The notes beneath the pieces are model-generated. The model ran no database searches. It saw only the letters and a list, made by a program, of their open reading frames with translations, and had not been told where the DNA came from. Of a stretch of DNA of 53,995 bases, positions 50,172 to 53,995 are shown one piece after another. A program made the position numbers and the translations under genes. Every line of letters begins with the position of its first letter. The first letter of the stretch is position 1. Origin of the DNA: Octopus bimaculoides. Lineage: Eukaryota. The DNA is taken from contig NC_068985.1 in assembly GCF_001194135.2 (NCBI RefSeq), forward strand, positions 15,675,618 through 15,729,612. The letters run 5' to 3'.

Positions 50172-52016
50172 NNNNNNNNNNNNNNNNNNNNNNNNNNNNN
50201 NNNNNNNNNNNNNNNNNNNNNNNNNNNNNNNNNNNNNNNNNNNNNNNNNNNNNNNNNNNNNNNNNNNNNNNNNNNNNNNNNNNNNNNNNNNNNNNNNNNN
50301 NNNNNNNNNNNNNNNNNNNNNNNNNNNNNNNNNNNNNNNNNNNNNNNNNNNNNNNNNNNNNNNNNNNNNNNNNNNNNNNNNNNNNNNNNNNNNNNNNNNN
50401 NNNNNNNNNNNNNNNNNNNNNNNNNNNNNNNNNNNNNNNNNNNNNNNNNNNNNNNNNNNNNNNNNNNNNNNNNNNNNNNNNNNNNNNNNNNNNNNNNNNN
50501 NNNNNNNNNNNNNNNNNNNNNNNNNNNNNNNNNNNNNNNNNNNNNNNNNNNNNNNNNNNNNNNNNNNNNNNNNNNNNNNNNNNNNNNNNNNNNNNNNNNN
50601 NNNNNNNNNNNNNNNNNNNNNNNNNNNNNNNNNNNNNNNNNNNNNNNNNNNNNNNNNNNNNNNNNNNNNNNNNNNNNNNNNNNNNNNNNNNNNNNNNNNN
50701 NNNNNNNNNNNNNNNNNNNNNNNNNNNNNNNNNNNNNNNNNNNNNNNNNNNNNNNNNNNNNNNNNNNNNNNNNNNNNNNNNNNNNNNNNNNNNNNNNNNN
50801 NNNNNNNNNNNNNNNNNNNNNNNNNNNNNNNNNNNNNNNNNNNNNNNNNNNNNNNNNNNNNNNNNNNNNNNNNNNNNNNNNNNNNNNNNNNNNNNNNNNN
50901 NNNNNNNNNNNNNNNNNNNNNNNNNNNNNNNNNNNNNNNNNNNNNNNNNNNNNNNNNNNNNNNNNATATATATATATATATATATATATAGGAAACCGAA
51001 AATGGAGAAGTACTGGTTAAAAACAATTGACTTACATCAATAATTATTTATTAATTCAATGCAAATAGATTGCAACTGAACCCTTTTTCTTCTTCTCTGC
51101 GCTCTTCTTCTCTGTTTATTCTTCACTCTGATGATGTTCCTTGTTTCAGATCGGTTTCATTACCGAATATGATTAATATTTTTACATATTTTGAATATCA
51201 ATGGCAATACCATATAACATTGGAAGCAGAAACAGCTGTCAGATGGGATGCAGTCTATTTGCATTGAATTAATAAATAATAATTGATGTAAGTCAATTGT
51301 TAATCAGTACTTCTCCATCTTCTGTTTTCTTTAAATTTTGATTCCTGATAAACCCATGTTTACTTACCACACAGCCACTTCTATATATTCATATTTTAAA
51401 AATATTCTTGCTGGAAATATTTTAATTTAAATTCCTGTTTGCACTATCATTTTCACATATATTAATCTTCTCCCGTCCTCCCCCATCTCTCGCTTCTCGG
51501 CCCCTTTCTTCCCCTCCTTCTCTCTCTGTATTCAATAATATCCATTTGTTACCTCATTTTATTTACTCTTTTACTGATTCACTTTGAAATATTTTCTTCA
51601 AATCGCTTTGTTCTAGACTTGGTGGCTTTTAGACGTTTTCCCTCCACTCTTTCATTTACGACGTCTCTCTCCACCTCTCTTCTCTCTCTTTATGTTCAGC
51701 TTCCTTTTTGTTTACAATATCCAACGAGAGGAGCTCCAAGTGGTCTCTCGACTTTCTAAACGCAGTTTCTAAATATCTTAGCATATTGGATTATATGTCC
51801 AGATACATCCGGCTATTTTCCAAGGCATAAGCCTTGAGAAATAGCAGGATGGCTACACCTGAAAGCCTTTGATCTTAGTTCGGCTTTACTATTGCTGAGG
51901 TGGGGGTTAAACAACGCATACAATTTTTGTTTCAATACCGCCCTAATTTCCTATCATTTTCTTTTCTTTTCTTCTCTTATCTAGTATCTCTATCCAATTT
52001 TTCATCAATATTTCTT

Positions 52017-52197
52017 ATTTCTTTATTGCCCACAAGGGGCTAAATATAGAGGGGACAAACAAAGGGGCTAAGTCGATTACATTGACCCCAGTGCGTAACT
52101 GGTACTTAATTTATCGACCCCGAATGGATGAAAGGCAAAGTCGACCTCGGCGGAATTTGAACTCAGAACGAAATACCGCTAAGCATTTCGCCCGGCA
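52017..52197 (-). mobile_element. SINE family D with internal deletion
   Basis: atttctttattgcccacaaggggc tail, A core, gaactcagaacg|aaataccgc deletion junction. Confidence 0.88.
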
Positions 52198-53850
52198 AGG
52201 TCGTCACCTTCTTTAAAGTCTTTAAAGCCTGAATTTGCTTACCTTCAGATAAATATCTTAGGAGAGATTGTCGCAATGGCAAAGCTCTTCAAAGTGTTTT
52301 GCTCACCCCGAAATGCAACAGTGCTGAGAGGACCGAAATCCTGCAAGACAATAATACGTCTAAAGACGAAGCTAAGTGAAATATTATATTCACAACCATT
52401 TCTTATTATTGTCAAGTATACATAACACAGTTCATATTTCAACACCAGCCTCTGATTGTTACATGACTTGTAGAGTTCTGTTTGTTGCAAGCAGTTAACA
52501 CAGCGTCTCATTTTAGTCTCGCGATGTACTGCTTACAACTTCCTTTGCGTACCAACAACAGTAGTTGTTAGAAGATGCGGAGTGAAAGGTTTGCAAGCAG
52601 AGGTTAGCTGTCAGGGATCCCAATCAGCTGGCATATTATCCCATATCTTCTGTAATTTGTGTCTGTAACCCAGTGAGAACAGGATTTACAGCGGTTCAGT
52701 TGAGTCCATCAATTTCTAAAGAAGCTACAAAGAGGGCAGAAGCATAGTTGTCAGGGATGGAGCGGTCTGCCTGTGACGTCGGTTTTATGAGGGTGACACG
52801 ATTCTGCTGTATAAACAAGGAGAAACTGAATTATAATTAAAAAGAAATATCACTCTGCTGGAGAAAGCTGTATTCGGTATTCGTGGATTTCGGGTTTAAA
52901 TTTTACTCTCCCCACTACCTTCTACAAATAGGAATAAATATTCCTATTTGTCATACAAATCTCTCTTCTAAAGGATCTCGAACTCTCGATCTCGATTCAT
53001 CAGAGTATCTGACCTTTACATAATCGCGAAAAAATACTCTACACCCCACAGTCCTGCTCCTTCTAGAATCCTTTGATACTTCAAACCAACCAAGTGGTCG
53101 GAAGTGGAACCGTTCCATCATCGATATTTAATGAAAGAATCTAAAAGAACAGTATGATACAATGGTATTTAAATATTGATTCTGCACATGCATCAAATTT
53201 ATTTCTTTGGAATAAGTTTGATAAATAGACGAAATCTTTATTCGTCACGTGTGTTTATTCGTGTAATGTCACGATATTACGTTTGCACGTTTCATTTCGA
53301 TTTTAATTAAATTAAAATACCTGCAGGCAATTGATTTGTAGAAAAATGAACATTGGGTTGTCTTTTTGCTATTTATTATTATATAACCACATCTGCTAAG
53401 ATGATAATATGTCAGCGTTTACCGACAGTGAATTTCGATATGTTTTAAGGTTGAAGAAAATATAGTACATTATCAGTAAAACTACGTGCGTTTCTTTACA
53501 TATATTTGATAATAGTTCATATCTAACAATATCAAAAACAACTAGAAAAAACTAAAGCAAAGCGAAAACAAAAGACTATAGCTCCTTTCAAGCTGTCTAA
53601 ACTCAGAAGCTAAAGAGACAACAACACCCATAACAATAGTCAGATTGCCTATAAAGATAGACAGAAGCACGTTCCAGAAAATAGCAATAACAAGGTCTGT
53701 AGATATTGTTCGTGTATTCTCACGTAGCATTTATTTACTTTTAAAGATTTTTGCTAACCCTGAATATCTTTGTAACCTCTCAATACTTTTGTGCAATGTT
53801 TTCGAATATCTAATTTTTGTTTTAAGGAAGGGGAATGTTGATGTATTTCT

Positions 53851-53906
<56 letters not shown>

Positions 53907-53995
53907 TATTATTATTATTATTATTATGTTTTTTTTTTCTTCTTTCTTCAAATTTTCTTCCATTTCTCGCCGAGTGTTTTCCGCACGCCTAGGGC

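Noticed and set aside
52985-53010. Minus-strand CTGATGA followed by tcgaga repeats
   Set aside because: No GAAA after the putative stem II.

Overview
AT-rich eukaryotic genomic DNA with 10 assembly gaps, most flanked by (TA)n/(CA)n. The tRNA-derived SINE landscape and microsatellite density look like an octopus (coleoid cephalopod) genome; this is recognition from recall, not a database hit. No host protein-coding gene, rRNA, true tRNA or CRISPR can be supported, and nearly all ORFs in the track are microsatellite or gap artefacts. The window is intergenic or intronic and contains: (i) about 40 copies of modular tRNA-head SINEs, which I label A/D, B, C and E for convenience; (ii) DNA transposon relics (Merlin, pogo/Tigger, mariner, hAT MITEs); (iii) LINE relics (RTE endonuclease, Rex3/Expander-like 3' end, CR1/L2-like 3' end). 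The most interesting unexplained signal is a set of type I hammerhead-ribozyme-like motifs with short palindromic stem III, the architecture known from Penelope-like elements and retrozymes. They occur in several unrelated short repeats: 26121-26195 (+, strongest fold but one core substitution), 2585-2627 (-, core intact), 29844-29888 (-), 46452-46487 (+) and weaker cases. Two of them are embedded in or overlap long inverted repeats. Also notable are chimeric SINE dimers under a single TSD, stacked same-site SINE insertions, and a few isolated hairpins and exon-like segments. All folds and alignments were done by eye; coordinates of degraded repeats are approximate.
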